Assembly: GCA_016839915.1 (NCBI GenBank)
Contig: JAEOTH010000151.1
Coordinates: 139-64,138, forward strand
Reading direction: 5' to 3'
Source: Promethearchaeota archaeon
GTDB taxonomy: Archaea; Asgardarchaeota; Lokiarchaeia; Sigyniarchaeales; SOKP01
DNA length: 64,000 nt
Position 1 is the stretch's first letter, and each line of letters opens with the position of its first letter. The translations under genes and the position numbers were made by a program. The notes beneath the pieces were generated by a model that had not been told where the DNA came from, did not search any database, and saw only the letters and a program-made list of their open reading frames with translations. Below are positions 48,039 through 57,946 of the stretch, piece after piece.

Positions 48039-51000
48039 CTATTTTCTTTTAAAATTAAATCTTATAGACTTAAGTGTATTTTTCTTGATTTTAGAATTGC
48101 AATGTGGACATTCTAATTCAGATTTTTTCTCTAATCTTGAAATTAAATTATCTTTTAAAGCTGCGGAGCAATCTCTATTTGGACATATATTTAATTTCCC
48201 ATAGATTTTCTCTTTATCCTCCTTTAATTCTCCAGAAATGATTTCAAGGTTTTCTACATTTATTTTATCTGTAATTGTATTTTTGTTTTCAACAAGAAAA
48301 TCTTTCAAATATTCAGATTCAGTTCCAATTCTCAATACTATCTTTTCTCCAACTTTATATCCATGCCTTTTACGAATAAATTGAATGTTTCTTATTAAAT
48401 CATTTACTAAACGTTCAGACAATAATTGATCATCAACAGAGTCGTCTAAATAAACATTAAAGAATTTTGATTCGGCTTTGATCAAATGATCTGATGGTTT
48501 TACCGATTTTACTATTTCTAATTCTTTTACATTTCCTACTTTCTTAATAATCTCAGGAAATTCTATTTTTGGCATATCTTCTTTTGATTCTATAAGAATT
48601 TTTTTATTTGGCCATCTTAATCTTATTCTATTCTCATCTTTTAATGCTCTCACAATTTCTATTAATTCATGTGTAAAATTCATTTGTTCTTCTAAATCTA
48701 AGTCGATATTTTGTTCATCGAATTCCGGCCAATCTTGTAAGTGAATACTTTCTGTTTCTTCAAAACCAATTGATTTCATGTGAGATTTAAACATTTTAAG
48801 ATAAATATCTTCACTTATCATTGGATTAATTGGTGCTAGAAGTAAAGAAACCTTAAATAATACATAATAGAGAACTCCCATTATAAGAAATTTATTCGGA
48901 TCTTCAGAATAGATGTCAAGTTTCTCTCGATTGAGCATTATATACCATCTGCTTATATCATTCACAATAAAATCTCTAAGTTCACCTGTTATCCATGGTA
49001 ATTGATATTCATCTGATAATTCTGTTATCTTTTTAATTGTAGAATTTAATCTTGAAATTATCCATTTATCTAATTTACTTACCTTTTTTATGTCAAATTT
49101 AACTTCTGAAGGATTAAATTCAGCTAAAGTCAATTTCTCGTTGGTATACACATAAACATTCCATATTGTGTTAATAATTTTATATGTATCAGTATATTCC
49201 TTAAGATTAAAATTGAAATCTCGGCCAGGTTGAGTAACACCTATACAATAAAATCGAAAAGTTTCTGCACCTTTGATATTAGATAATGCTTTATTCTTCT
49301 GCAATGCTGGGACTGTACCATTTATTAAGTCTTCAGGGTTTATTACTGTACCTTTAGATTTGCTCATTTTAGCTTTTTCCATTAACACCCATCCATGCAT
49401 ATAGCAAGCGTTGTAATTCTTACGACCTGAAGATACCATAGCACTATTTAATAAACTATTGAACCATCCTCTTATTTGATCTTTTCCCTCGATTATAAAG
49501 TCAGCTGGTACCCAGCTATCATAATGACTTTTCCCATCATATATTTCTTGAGCGGCCCACATTACTGAACCAGAATCTAACCAAACATCTAAAATATCAG
49601 GAATTCTTTTCTTTGTTCCTTTATTACAATTTTTACACTTCCATGTAATTTGGTCAATCCATGGTCTATGCAAATCATTAGGACATTCACCAGCAATCTC
49701 ATTCAGCTCCTTTCCTGAACCTATTACCGTAATTTCTTCGCAATCTTCATTATCACAGATCCAAACACTTAGTGGAATACCCCAAAAACGTTGTCGTGAA
49801 ATACACCAGTCTTTTAATGTGGTGAGCCAGCTTTTGAACCATCTGTTTCCTGCCCAATCTGGGATCCAATAAATCTCATCGTTTTTTGTCAGTAAATCAG
49901 GAATTAAACTTTCAGTTTTAAAAAACCATTGATTAGTCGCTCGATAAACTAATTTTGAATCACATCTCCAACAATGTGCATATTCATGTTCAATTTCATT
50001 AGTTAAAACGAGTGTTCCTTTTTTCTTTAATAAGTTTAAAATCTCTTCATTAGCATCAAAAACATACATTCCCTCAAATTTACCCGCTTCCTTTTTATAA
50101 ACACCTCTGATACTTACTGGATTGAAAATTGGTATATTATTCGCTATACCAACTTCAAAATCTTCTGGGCCGTGTCCGGGTGCTGTATGTACTAATCCAA
50201 CACCTTCTGATGCGGATACATATTCTTCTGAAAGTATAATTGAATGGACTTTTTCACTTTCTTTAGCAAGTTCTCGTTGGTAGGGAACCTCATTTAATAA
50301 TGGATGTATATACTTTTTTCCTTCTAGTTCTTCACCAGTAAAATCTTTAACTATTTTATATTTATAACCAAGTTCCCCTGAAATTAAATGAGTTATTGAA
50401 TTTTTAGATAATACCCAGTATTCTTTAAGATCCTCTATATATACCTTAGCATACTCTGCAATTGGATTAACCATTATTGCAGAATTCGCTACTAATGTCC
50501 AAGGTGTAGTAGTCCAAATTATAAAATATGTGTCATCCATATCTGCAGATTTAATTTTCAAGAATAAGCTAGTATCCTTAATGTTTTTATATTCATGTTC
50601 ATGTTTAGCTAAAGCAGTTGCACAACGAGGGCAACAGTTTAAAGGTCGATAAAACTTATAAAGTAAATTATTCTCCCAAGCTTTCTTTAAAGTCCACCAA
50701 ATTCCCTCAATATAACTGTTTTTAAATGTAATATAAGGATTTTCCCAATCCCAAAAATAACAACCCAATCTTTTAAATTGGTCATTCATTATAGCTAAAT
50801 TTTTTAAGGCAAACTCTTTACAGTTCTTTATGAATTTATCAATACCATATTCTTGTATTTCTTGTTTGTTCTTAATTCCTAATTCTTTTTCCATTTGTAC
50901 TTCTATTGGTAAACCATGAGTATCATATCCTGGGGTATCTGTGACTTTAAAACCTCTCATTCGTTTATATTTTATTAAGTAGTCTTTTAAAATCTTATTC

Positions 51001-51185
51001 CATGCTGTTCCTAGATGAATGGACCCTGTAGTATAGGGAGGACCATCAATAAATCGCCAACAATTTCTTCCTGTTTCTTTTTTTCGAATCAGTGAGTATA
51101 TATCTCGGTCTTTCCAGAATTTTATAATTTTTTCTTCTAAATCTGTTAAATTCAACTTTTTATCTAAAACTTCCACGAAAACCAT
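48039..51185 (-). CDS. ileS: Isoleucine--tRNA ligase (archaeal/eukaryotic type)
   Basis: DGPPY.TG..HLGT, GYDTHGLPIE, IWTTTPWTL, GLVHTAPGHG, DWCISRQRFWG, EGKDQIRGWF, KMSKSKG. Confidence 0.97.
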   Translation of the reverse strand: MVFVEVLDKKLNLTDLEEKIIKFWKDRDIYSLIRKKETGRNCWRFIDGPPYTTGSIHLGTAWNKILKDYLIKYKRMRGFKVTDTPGYDTHGLPIEVQMEKELGIKNKQEIQEYGIDKFIKNCKEFALKNLAIMNDQFKRLGCYFWDWENPYITFKNSYIEGIWWTLKKAWENNLLYKFYRPLNCCPRCATALAKHEHEYKNIKDTSLFLKIKSADMDDTYFIIWTTTPWTLVANSAIMVNPIAEYAKVYIEDLKEYWVLSKNSITHLISGELGYKYKIVKDFTGEELEGKKYIHPLLNEVPYQRELAKESEKVHSIILSEEYVSASEGVGLVHTAPGHGPEDFEVGIANNIPIFNPVSIRGVYKKEAGKFEGMYVFDANEEILNLLKKKGTLVLTNEIEHEYAHCWRCDSKLVYRATNQWFFKTESLIPDLLTKNDEIYWIPDWAGNRWFKSWLTTLKDWCISRQRFWGIPLSVWICDNEDCEEITVIGSGKELNEIAGECPNDLHRPWIDQITWKCKNCNKGTKKRIPDILDVWLDSGSVMWAAQEIYDGKSHYDSWVPADFIIEGKDQIRGWFNSLLNSAMVSSGRKNYNACYMHGWVLMEKAKMSKSKGTVINPEDLINGTVPALQKNKALSNIKGAETFRFYCIGVTQPGRDFNFNLKEYTDTYKIINTIWNVYVYTNEKLTLAEFNPSEVKFDIKKVSKLDKWIISRLNSTIKKITELSDEYQLPWITGELRDFIVNDISRWYIMLNREKLDIYSEDPNKFLIMGVLYYVLFKVSLLLAPINPMISEDIYLKMFKSHMKSIGFEETESIHLQDWPEFDEQNIDLDLEEQMNFTHELIEIVRALKDENRIRLRWPNKKILIESKEDMPKIEFPEIIKKVGNVKELEIVKSVKPSDHLIKAESKFFNVYLDDSVDDQLLSERLVNDLIRNIQFIRKRHGYKVGEKIVLRIGTESEYLKDFLVENKNTITDKINVENLEIISGELKEDKEKIYGKLNICPNRDCSAALKDNLISRLEKKSELECPHCNSKIKKNTLKSIRFNFKRK

Positions 51186-51372
51186 CTAATGAAAATATGA
51201 ATGTTTATAATAAGAAGTACAAGTTAAAAAATTTAATTAATTCATCTAAAAACTTATATATCGGAATTATAATTTTGAAATTTGTATAAAAGCATTCAAT
51301 AAAAGATTCATTTGGAGAATTGGGAAAACTAAAAGGGATTTAGAAGGTTAAAAGTAGAAAAAAACTTCAATG

Positions 51373-53013
51373 CTACCTTAGACAGAAACCACATTTACCA
51401 AATGATTTTATTGTTTGTTCCCAACAATGATTATGATATGCCCTATTACAATGGGGACATTCTGCGTGACAGTTATCATCACCAGCAATTTTTTTAGTAC
51501 AGCTTGGACATTCGATTTTATGGCATATAACACACGAAACTACTGAAACTTCGAAAATTTTCTTAGAGATAAGATTAAATAAATCGACGAGATAACTAAA
51601 AGGTGTCCAATCTTTAAAAAAGTCATCAAATGATGTATGTAAATCATCTTTTATTTTCTCATGAGCTTCAAGTTCGAATTCATTTATCACTTTCACATCC
51701 GGCATTTTCATAGGATAATCAATTGGTAAAGTAATTTGAAATTCAAAAGTTAGATCTTCAGTTTTCATTTTTCCTTTCATTTCTACGAGTAATGTAGCAG
51801 TTGAGGGGTTGTATTCAATTTTTTTATAATGATCTTTTAATAAATCTATTTCAAAGTTAATTCTTGAGTTTTTATCAACTAACCAAGAGATTTCCCTTAC
51901 GATTTCAACAGACTCAGACATATTTTCTTCCCAGTTTTTATAGACTTTTAATTCGGTAACGGGGACTTGGATAATTTGCTGTAATTCCGGAGATAAATCA
52001 ATTTTAGGAGGTTTTGGATAAGGCTCTAAATCTATGTTTAAGAAATATTCTTTAAAACCGTACGTTAACATATGGACCTTTAGAGCAGTCACACTATCAT
52101 GTATTTTTTCACATTGATATTCTCCTGATATTTTTTTGGATTGTACTTCAATCTCTTTAAGAAAAAGCAATTTTTTCTCTAATTCATGTAAGAGATCAAC
52201 AATATGAGAAGGTTGCTTTGATTTCCACTCCTTTAAAATGTTTAAGATTTTATAGGGCTCTCCTAAAATTCTTCGTACTTCATTTGGGAAAGTTACAATT
52301 GGTTTTTCGGGGTAATTTGTAAAATCTATTTGAATGATAAATGTACTAGTTAAAGTTATCGTAATATAAATATTGATTTCAGCTTCCTTTGTACCGATTT
52401 GGTCATAAGCATATTCTTGTTGGATTAAACTCAACTCTGTATTAATCTCAATGCTAACTGGTGCACCTTCATCAACGATATCAGATTTAAGAGTGGTTTT
52501 AGAATCATCAACAGAATTCTCAGTTATAGAACTTCCGGAATCTTTGGAAGTATAAAACACTTCATCAGGAGAATCTGATTGTGTAATATATTCCTCATAT
52601 TCAAAATCTGGGGGGTATGCATCTAAATCAGGTGTTAAAAATTCTTCTTTTTCAGTAGAATTATCTTGTCCAATAGGTATTAATTCTTCCTCAGAATTCA
52701 TTTTTGGCGTCTCTAAAGTTTTTTCTATAATCTCTTTAAGCTCGTATACAATATCAACTACATTAGAAGTAGGTGTCCAATTAATTAAGGAATTAAGCTG
52801 AAAATCCCCTAATAAGTCTTTAATTACAGAGTGATAAATCAAATTTGGAGGTGTGCTTGGAAAGTTTTCATCGAATTTAATTTCTAACTCATATTTTTTT
52901 TCAGGAGTTTCATAAACATAACCATATAGATGTGCAATCTCTCCTGAAACCATCCAAAATGAAAATTTTTTTGCGATCTTTTGGGCTTCTTTTAATATTC
53001 TTTCTTTATCCAT
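51373..53013 (-). CDS. Multi-UEV/RWD (E2-like fold) protein with C-terminal C4HC3 RING-like finger; candidate E3 ubiquitin ligase
   Basis: Four ~100-aa units with [F/Y]Pxx(x)P (FPSTPP, YPEKP, YPKPP, YPMKMP) and a downstream Trp + helix (NWTP, EWKS, NWEE, DWTP). C-terminus is CVIC-x21-CPHC-x4-H-x2-C-x10-CGFC. Confidence 0.75.
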   Translation of the reverse strand: MDKERILKEAQKIAKKFSFWMVSGEIAHLYGYVYETPEKKYELEIKFDENFPSTPPNLIYHSVIKDLLGDFQLNSLINWTPTSNVVDIVYELKEIIEKTLETPKMNSEEELIPIGQDNSTEKEEFLTPDLDAYPPDFEYEEYITQSDSPDEVFYTSKDSGSSITENSVDDSKTTLKSDIVDEGAPVSIEINTELSLIQQEYAYDQIGTKEAEINIYITITLTSTFIIQIDFTNYPEKPIVTFPNEVRRILGEPYKILNILKEWKSKQPSHIVDLLHELEKKLLFLKEIEVQSKKISGEYQCEKIHDSVTALKVHMLTYGFKEYFLNIDLEPYPKPPKIDLSPELQQIIQVPVTELKVYKNWEENMSESVEIVREISWLVDKNSRINFEIDLLKDHYKKIEYNPSTATLLVEMKGKMKTEDLTFEFQITLPIDYPMKMPDVKVINEFELEAHEKIKDDLHTSFDDFFKDWTPFSYLVDLFNLISKKIFEVSVVSCVICHKIECPSCTKKIAGDDNCHAECPHCNRAYHNHCWEQTIKSFGKCGFCLR

Positions 53014-53133
53014 CAGAAATCAAATAAAAAATCTATTTTTCTTTATAAAAATGATTAAAGTATGATCTTAAAAATATTTATTAAATCACTTAAAATAAAG
53101 ATAGAATTATTCATAAAAATTAAACATTTTATG

Positions 53134-54282
53134 CTAAAGTGATATCTCACTTAGCATTTCTCTTATTTTTTTTTGATAGATTTGCTTTGATCGATTTTTT
53201 TTTTGAAAATTACTTATGTTAATTGAAATCTTTTTGTATTTATCATAATTTTCATAAACAAATTTTATTTTTTCAGCTATTGTATTACTTGTACACTCCT
53301 TCAATATTAAATCTTCATTCCCTAAAAATAATGAAACATTATTACCACTATAAGTCGTGATGATGATTTTTCCTTTTATTACACCTTCTAGAATTTTTAT
53401 TGCCACTGCGGAGGGACAGATATTATTTAACATTGGCAAAACAAGGCAGTGATATTGATTGATTAAATCTGAAACTTCTCTATGAGGTTTTGAACCTAAA
53501 AATATAATATTTTCTTCTAAGTTTTTTTCTTTTACGTTCTTTTCTAAATTTTGTCTGGTGATACCATCTCCTATAAGGAATAATTGAATTTTATAGCTTT
53601 GGTCCTTTAACAAAGAGATCGCGTCTATAATGGGGTTCAATAAATCATATAGGCTAAATCTCCCGGTATAACCAATTCTAAAAGATTCTTTTCCTTTTTC
53701 AAAATTAAGAGGTTGGCTTTTAAGAAAATAATCTTCTACATAGTAAGGAATAATTTTAATTTTTTTTGGATCAGCGCCATAGAAAATTGCCATATTTTTT
53801 GCTCGTTGATTTTCAATAATAAATTTATCAGCATGTCGAATAGCATATAACTCTAGATGAGGTTCAATAAAATAAAACAATCTTTTAAATAGATTCTTAC
53901 TATATTGAAACTCTGGATTTCTTGCAAAAGCCCTTCTTTCAATAAAGACTACAGGTGTACATCCCATCCTTATGACAATTCTATTCTTGAAGATTTTCTT
54001 TAATATTACTGGTAAGAGAGCTAATTTTGGTGCTCTAGTAATAAAAATTCTGTTTGATGAGACAATTTCATTAATATACCTTATAAAATACTTGAATATA
54101 GATTTTTTATCTATTTTATTAACTCCCTTATAATTAGGATAAAGAGCAATTTTCTCATAATCTGATGGAATTGCTCCAAATAATTTTCTATCATTAACGG
54201 AATCTCCTTGATTTCCAGCTTTGAAATCAGAGAATGTACAAAAAATTAATCTTTGTTTAGCAGTCTTCTTTTTCATAATCAA
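53134..54282 (-). CDS. Glycosyltransferase family 4
   Basis: IGYTGRF, LIGDG, IFLGSKPH, LVLP...IKILEG. Confidence 0.82.
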   Translation of the reverse strand: MIMKKKTAKQRLIFCTFSDFKAGNQGDSVNDRKLFGAIPSDYEKIALYPNYKGVNKIDKKSIFKYFIRYINEIVSSNRIFITRAPKLALLPVILKKIFKNRIVIRMGCTPVVFIERRAFARNPEFQYSKNLFKRLFYFIEPHLELYAIRHADKFIIENQRAKNMAIFYGADPKKIKIIPYYVEDYFLKSQPLNFEKGKESFRIGYTGRFSLYDLLNPIIDAISLLKDQSYKIQLFLIGDGITRQNLEKNVKEKNLEENIIFLGSKPHREVSDLINQYHCLVLPMLNNICPSAVAIKILEGVIKGKIIITTYSGNNVSLFLGNEDLILKECTSNTIAEKIKFVYENYDKYKKISINISNFQKKNRSKQIYQKKIREMLSEISL

Positions 54283-54374
54283 ATCTATTATTAAGCAAAA
54301 TTACATAATTTATATAATTAACTATATGTAAGCAGGGATCTTTTCACTAAAAGATATTATTGAACACAACTTAA

Positions 54375-55175
54375 TTAGCGTGGCTTTTCCCCCCAGTAAA
54401 TTACTATCCAAGCAAAACTTTTAAATGGTGACTTATCTAATAAAGGTTTTGTAAGGAAATGAATTAACTTAGCAATTGGAATATAAAAAAAACTATGACT
54501 AAAAGTACCACCATAAAGTTCTATATTATTAAATCCAACTTGTTTTAACGATTCAATCATGGATTTAGGACGAAAAGGTGCCTCTTCTTCAATTTCTCCA
54601 TAAGGGTTTCTAAAAATTGTTTTTAAAGGTCGAGTTATTGCATTTAAAGGGTAAAAAACAGAAAAATCTAAGATTGCAATCTTTCCACCAGGTTTCAAAA
54701 TTCTGTAGAATTCTTTTAAAAAAGGGTGAAATCCAATTTTCATTAAATGATGAAAAAAAAGTGTACTCGCAATTAGGTCAAAAGTTCTATTAGGATATCC
54801 AGATCTTAAAATATCACCTGTTTTTGTTATCATTTTAGGAGGACAGTTCTTTATACATACAGGGGATAGATCAATTCCATGTATTTCATGAGAAAATTCC
54901 TCTAAATATCTATAATCATCCCCTTCGCCACAGGGTGCTATTAAAAGCTTTTCAAGTTTTTTATTTTTTAGATGCTGTTCTATAACAGATTTGAACTTAT
55001 TTTTAGAAAGAGAGTAGCTAAAATAACTTCTTATTGGATCATAAAAAAGTTTCGAATTAAGAATATTACTGATTAATCCTTTTTTTTTCTTTTTTCCTTT
55101 CCACCACTCTAACTCTCTTTTTTTCTGATCCTCATAATTTATGTTTTTATTCATAAAAATTAACTTCCAGATCAA
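54375..55175 (-). CDS. Class I SAM-dependent methyltransferase (type 11)
   Basis: APCGEG, GIDLS, FDLI, FFHH, EFYRILKPGG. Confidence 0.85.
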   Translation of the reverse strand: MIWKLIFMNKNINYEDQKKRELEWWKGKKKKKGLISNILNSKLFYDPIRSYFSYSLSKNKFKSVIEQHLKNKKLEKLLIAPCGEGDDYRYLEEFSHEIHGIDLSPVCIKNCPPKMITKTGDILRSGYPNRTFDLIASTLFFHHLMKIGFHPFLKEFYRILKPGGKIAILDFSVFYPLNAITRPLKTIFRNPYGEIEEEAPFRPKSMIESLKQVGFNNIELYGGTFSHSFFYIPIAKLIHFLTKPLLDKSPFKSFAWIVIYWGEKPR

Positions 55176-55178
55176 TTT

Positions 55179-56384
55179 CTATTTATTCTTTATTACTTCA
55201 ATTATAGTTTTTTTAAAATCAGTTATAATTTTTGACCATGTATATTTTTTTTTAACTAATTCATATCCTTTTTGGCCAATTTTTTTCAAGTTCTCCTTTT
55301 GGGGAATTAACTCTCCAATCATTTTAATTAATTCTTGTTGATTTTTAGCAAAGATAAGATCACTGTTTTTTTTAAGTTCTAATACTATGGCAGGTAAACT
55401 GTTAGTTAAAACAGGTTTTTTCATTGCCATATATTCAATTATTTTAATTGGAGTAATTTTTTTAGTAATATCATTGATTGCAAAGCTAAGCAGGCATAAA
55501 TCAGCAAGTTCAATGTACTCTGTTATCTCGGAGTATGGTACTCTTCCTGCTAGAATTACCCAGTTTGCTTTAGCTTTCTTAATATAGCTTTGTAGAGATT
55601 TGTAGATACCACCATCTCCTAAAATTAGAAATTTGAGACTTAAATTATATTTATGGATTCTTGGATTATAAAAGTCTATTATTTCTTTCAAACCTGCAAA
55701 CTCATATAAATAACCCATAAAGAATATAACAAAATCGCGATCATTAATCGAATATTTTTTCTTTAATTGGTTAAATCTATTATTATCTACTATAGTATTT
55801 TTGAGAGAGATCCCATCAGGTGATATTTCGATGTCTTTTGGTGAAATCCCTTCATCTATTAAATATCTGTATTGAAATTTTGTATGAACTAAAACTTTAT
55901 CCGAATGTTTTAAAGTAAAATAAGCTAGTAGTCTAGCGAAATTTCTTACATAAGGGATTGGGACAAGTTCATGTAAAATATCGATATAAAAAAAAATAAA
56001 TGGGATTTTAAAGAGTTTCGATAAAGTTAATCCAATAAATCCATTAGTGATTGAAAACCCTATGATTATATCTGGTCTATTCTTTCTAAATATTTTAAGA
56101 ATACCGAAAAAATTAGTAATCAAAGATGAAATTCTTCTGATATACGGAATTTGAAGATGTGCTGTACGAATTATTTTAATATTAGAATCTTCAAATACTC
56201 GATGAATATTCCTAAAAGTTTGTTTTTTAATAATACGTGATTTAAATTTTTGTACTTTGTCAATATCATAATCAAAAACTGTGATTTTTAACTTTTTTTT
56301 TCTTGAAAGATTCTCAAATATATGATGTTGAGTATGTGGTCCCCGAGTAAGCCAATCTGTTTCTTGGAGAACGAGAATATTCAT
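55179..56384 (-). CDS. Glycosyltransferase family 4
   Basis: QETDW..RGP..QHH, FFMGYLYEFAG, GRVPY, PIKIIEYMAMKKPV. Confidence 0.88.
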   Translation of the reverse strand: MNILVLQETDWLTRGPHTQHHIFENLSRKKKLKITVFDYDIDKVQKFKSRIIKKQTFRNIHRVFEDSNIKIIRTAHLQIPYIRRISSLITNFFGILKIFRKNRPDIIIGFSITNGFIGLTLSKLFKIPFIFFYIDILHELVPIPYVRNFARLLAYFTLKHSDKVLVHTKFQYRYLIDEGISPKDIEISPDGISLKNTIVDNNRFNQLKKKYSINDRDFVIFFMGYLYEFAGLKEIIDFYNPRIHKYNLSLKFLILGDGGIYKSLQSYIKKAKANWVILAGRVPYSEITEYIELADLCLLSFAINDITKKITPIKIIEYMAMKKPVLTNSLPAIVLELKKNSDLIFAKNQQELIKMIGELIPQKENLKKIGQKGYELVKKKYTWSKIITDFKKTIIEVIKNK

Positions 56385-56540
56385 CAGAAAACTCTTAAAA
56401 TTATTTCTTTATTTTGTTTGCATTAATTTTTATTATTAGGTGTATTTAATTTATTAAAAATTTATTTAAAATTAAAGTCTGAGATTTGAATTAGAGAATT
56501 AGGCTCTAAAAACAACTAAAAAATGTTGAATGATTGAGAT

Positions 56541-57929
56541 ATGCCAAAAAAAATTTTAATTTTAGGTGGACTTGGATATATTGGGAGTGTATTGTTTAAA
56601 ATTATCAAACAAGAGGAATGGGAAGTTGATATAATGGATAATCATCTTTACAGAGATATTCATCCTCTAAATCCTTACATTGAAGCAGATATAAGAAATA
56701 AGGATCAGATTGAGAGTATTTTTAAAAATTATGATGTAATTGTAAATTTAGCCGCAATTGTGGGGGATCCTGCTTGTTTAATAGACACAAATTTAGCAAT
56801 TGAAATGAATTGTATAGGTGCAAGAAATATAGCTGAAATATGCAAGAAATTAAAGAAATTCATAGTTCATATTAGCACTTGTAGCATTTATGGAAGTGAA
56901 CCCAACAGAATTGTCAAGGAAGAAGATGAGGGGTTCCCTATTGATTTTTATGGTCAAACTAAATATACACAAGAACGTTTAATAAGAGAGATATGTAATG
57001 ATAATCATTGTATCCTAAGACTAGGTACAGCATATGGATTAAGTCCTAGAATGCGATATGATTTAGTAGTAAATACTTTTGCAGCTAGAGCACTAAAATT
57101 TAAGAAGATAACAATTTTCGGAGGAGAACAAGAGCGTCCATTTGTCCATATTCGTGATATTTCAAGAGCAATTGTGCATGTTATCAAGTATAATTTACGT
57201 GGAATTTATAATGTAAGAGGTGAAAATCTTAGTCTACTAAAGTTAGGGGAAATTGTTAGAGATATAACAAATTGTGAAATTGAAATAAATAGAAATATTG
57301 TCGATAAGAGAAGTTATATGGTAGATAGTACTAAACTTATAAATACGGGCTTTGAATTCAAATACAACATAGATTATGCTGTGAAAGAAATAGTTAATTC
57401 TCCCACCGCATTAGAATTTCACAAAGGAATATATTCTAATCTAAAATTAGCTGAAAGAGTAAAAATAGCAAAAACAATTGGTAAAAGAGATTTACTTTTA
57501 ATTAATGGAGGTATTGCTGTTGATGATAGAGGAACACTTAATTTTGCCAATGAATTTAATTTTTATGGCGTTAAACGTTTTTATCAAGTTCAGAATTTTA
57601 ATACAACAACAATCCGTGCATTTCATGGTCATGTGAATGAAGCAAAATATGTCTATGTTTCAAAAGGTTCCGCAATTGTTGCTGCTGTTAAATTAGATGA
57701 CATCAAATCTCCTTCAAAAAATCAAAAGGTTAATCGGTATATACTTTCAGATAGAAACCCACAAATATTATTTATTCCACCTAAACATGCTAATGGATTT
57801 AAACCCTTAGTAGAGGATACTCGTATTCTTTTCTTTTCAACAAGTTCACTTGAAGAAAGTAAAGGGGATGATTATCGGTTTCCTGCTGATTACTGGGGAA
57901 ATGAAATTTGGGAAGTAGAAAATCGTTAA
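56541..57929 (+). CDS. Fusion: NAD-dependent epimerase/dehydratase (SDR) + C-terminal RmlC-like cupin
   Basis: ILGGLGYIGS, LAAIVGDPAC, STCSIYG, YGQTK, GLSPRMRYDLVVN; then DDRG...RAFHGH...IPPKHANGF. Confidence 0.85.
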   Translation: MPKKILILGGLGYIGSVLFKIIKQEEWEVDIMDNHLYRDIHPLNPYIEADIRNKDQIESIFKNYDVIVNLAAIVGDPACLIDTNLAIEMNCIGARNIAEICKKLKKFIVHISTCSIYGSEPNRIVKEEDEGFPIDFYGQTKYTQERLIREICNDNHCILRLGTAYGLSPRMRYDLVVNTFAARALKFKKITIFGGEQERPFVHIRDISRAIVHVIKYNLRGIYNVRGENLSLLKLGEIVRDITNCEIEINRNIVDKRSYMVDSTKLINTGFEFKYNIDYAVKEIVNSPTALEFHKGIYSNLKLAERVKIAKTIGKRDLLLINGGIAVDDRGTLNFANEFNFYGVKRFYQVQNFNTTTIRAFHGHVNEAKYVYVSKGSAIVAAVKLDDIKSPSKNQKVNRYILSDRNPQILFIPPKHANGFKPLVEDTRILFFSTSSLEESKGDDYRFPADYWGNEIWEVENR

Positions 57930-57946
57930 ATTCATAATTAACACAG

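Noticed and set aside
22104-55095. A/T homopolymers of 9-11 nt inside genes (22104-22113, 23886-23896, 38374-38383, 53195-53204, 55080-55088) as phase-variation tracts
   Set aside because: All of these genes are in frame, and such runs are expected from Lys/Phe codons in DNA this AT-rich.
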